Source of the DNA: an uncultured Thermococci archaeon
GTDB lineage: Archaea; CAYQAE01; CAYVLA01
Assembly (NCBI GenBank): GCA_964549615.1
Contig: CAZJVP010000104.1
Coordinates: forward strand, 56,985 to 88,984
Reading direction: 5' to 3'
DNA length: 32,000 nt
Shown: positions 31,504 through 32,000 of the stretch, piece after piece
How positions within the stretch are numbered: the first letter of the stretch is position 1
Layout of the letters: each line of letters starts with the position of its first letter
Program-made: the position numbers and the translations under genes
Notes under the pieces: generated by a model
What the model was told of the DNA's origin: nothing
Databases searched by the model: none
Seen by the model: the letters and a program-made list of their open reading frames with translations, nothing else

Positions 31504-32000
31504 ATGCGATCCAGATCGTCTGCCGAGTATCCCCAGGCCTCTCGGCATTTCTATGACGAGTCAAATGGTTTGCCATCGAACGCCGTCCACGCAATGGCAC
31601 GCCGAGGTAACGAGATCTGGGCAGGGACGGAGCGTGGGATAGCTGTCTATGCCAGGGGCTCATGGAAGCCCCGCATGGAGCGTGGTTGGCCAGCTGGGCG
31701 CGTGGATAGGCTGTACGCTCTCAGCAAGGGCATGGTCGTGGCCCGATGCGATGGGAAAACGATGGTCTTTGAAAGAGGCAGGTGGTCAGACGACGCAGGG
31801 CCCGTCGGCCTCGTTGGGGCGGTAGAGGACCAGCAAGGCACCATCTGGGCACTCTCCGCTGACGGCCTGTGGACGCTCGGAGACAAGGGCTGGAAGCTCC
31901 GAAAGGCCAACGACGACGCAGTCGTGTTCACAGACTTCATATGGCTCAGAGAGGAAAGGGGAGTAGCCGGGACCACGGACGGACTATTCTTCCTGCAGGG
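31504..32000 (+). CDS. beta-propeller repeat protein (two-component-regulator-propeller / Reg_prop-like), N-terminal part; runs off the window end
   Basis: Not in the track because it is open at the window end. My translation: MRSRSSAEYPQASRHFYDESNGLPSNAVHAMARRGNEIWAGTERGIAVYARGSW...GTIWALSADGLWTLGDKGW...GVAGTTDGLFFLQ. The repeated GLPSN...D..G.IW.GT..GL pattern is visible. ATTAATA at 31473-31479 lies about 25 nt upstream of the ATG, which suggests a leaderless transcript. Confidence 0.6.
   Translation, partial: MRSRSSAEYPQASRHFYDESNGLPSNAVHAMARRGNEIWAGTERGIAVYARGSWKPRMERGWPAGRVDRLYALSKGMVVARCDGKTMVFERGRWSDDAGPVGLVGAVEDQQGTIWALSADGLWTLGDKGWKLRKANDDAVVFTDFIWLREERGVAGTTDGLFFLQ

Noticed and set aside
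30942-31505. 187-aa minus-strand ORF and the overlapping 142-aa plus-strand ORF (30739-31167).
   Set aside because: The translations are mostly Arg/Pro/Ser-rich. They overlap the better-supported membrane-protein gene start (30955) and each other. Only short sub-segments show coding-like codon bias, and those are treated separately in a finding.

Overview
GC-rich (roughly 55-60% by eye), gene-dense window that looks archaeal. Evidence: BRE/TATA-like promoter boxes, several apparently leaderless genes, a four-subunit PorGDAB operon, an archaeal-type CDP-alcohol phosphatidyltransferase, an Ehb/Mbh-type hydrogenase, and a stand-alone 5S rRNA gene as in lineages with unlinked rRNA genes. No lineage can be assigned without a database search.

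Content from left to right:
- a beta-CASP nuclease plus RNase H-fold exonuclease pair
- purF-purD plus a HAD-like gene
- a PfkB kinase
- a 4x ~40-aa repeat protein
- a minus-strand operon: MetE-like, AN1 zinc finger, TIM-barrel, PHP hydrolase
- porGDAB plus a small membrane protein
- a putative lipoprotein
- an erythrin-VIT1 (MbfA-like) iron transporter
- a lone 5S rRNA gene
- a polar-lipid-type cluster: CDP-alcohol phosphatidyltransferase, PHP phosphoesterase, PIG-L deacetylase, with larB upstream
- a lower-GC insert carrying a frameshifted IS91-like (HUH/Y2) transposase
- a tightly coupled 16-gene, 9.6-kb operon for an Ehb-type energy-converting [NiFe] hydrogenase (Mrp-like membrane module, 14x[4Fe-4S] polyferredoxin, 2x[4Fe-4S] ferredoxin, small, large and NuoH-like subunits)
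- an unknown membrane protein, a degenerate-looking spacer, and the start of a beta-propeller (Reg_prop-like) protein

The items most worth a second look:
1. The 5S rRNA gene has a ~25-nt hairpin inserted in loop C.
2. The rolling-circle-type transposase has a +1 shift at a C6 run and sits about 20 nt from the hydrogenase promoter.
3. There is an apparent frame conflict at the 5' end of the hydrogenase large-subunit gene.
4. A PHP phosphoesterase lies between a PIG-L deacetylase and an AIP-synthase-like gene, making it a candidate for the unassigned archaetidylinositol-phosphate phosphatase.
5. The Ehb-type operon itself, if the host turns out not to be a class I methanogen.

I found no CRISPR array, no tRNA gene and no recognisable defense system. 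All family assignments rest on motifs I recognise by eye; none were checked against a database.
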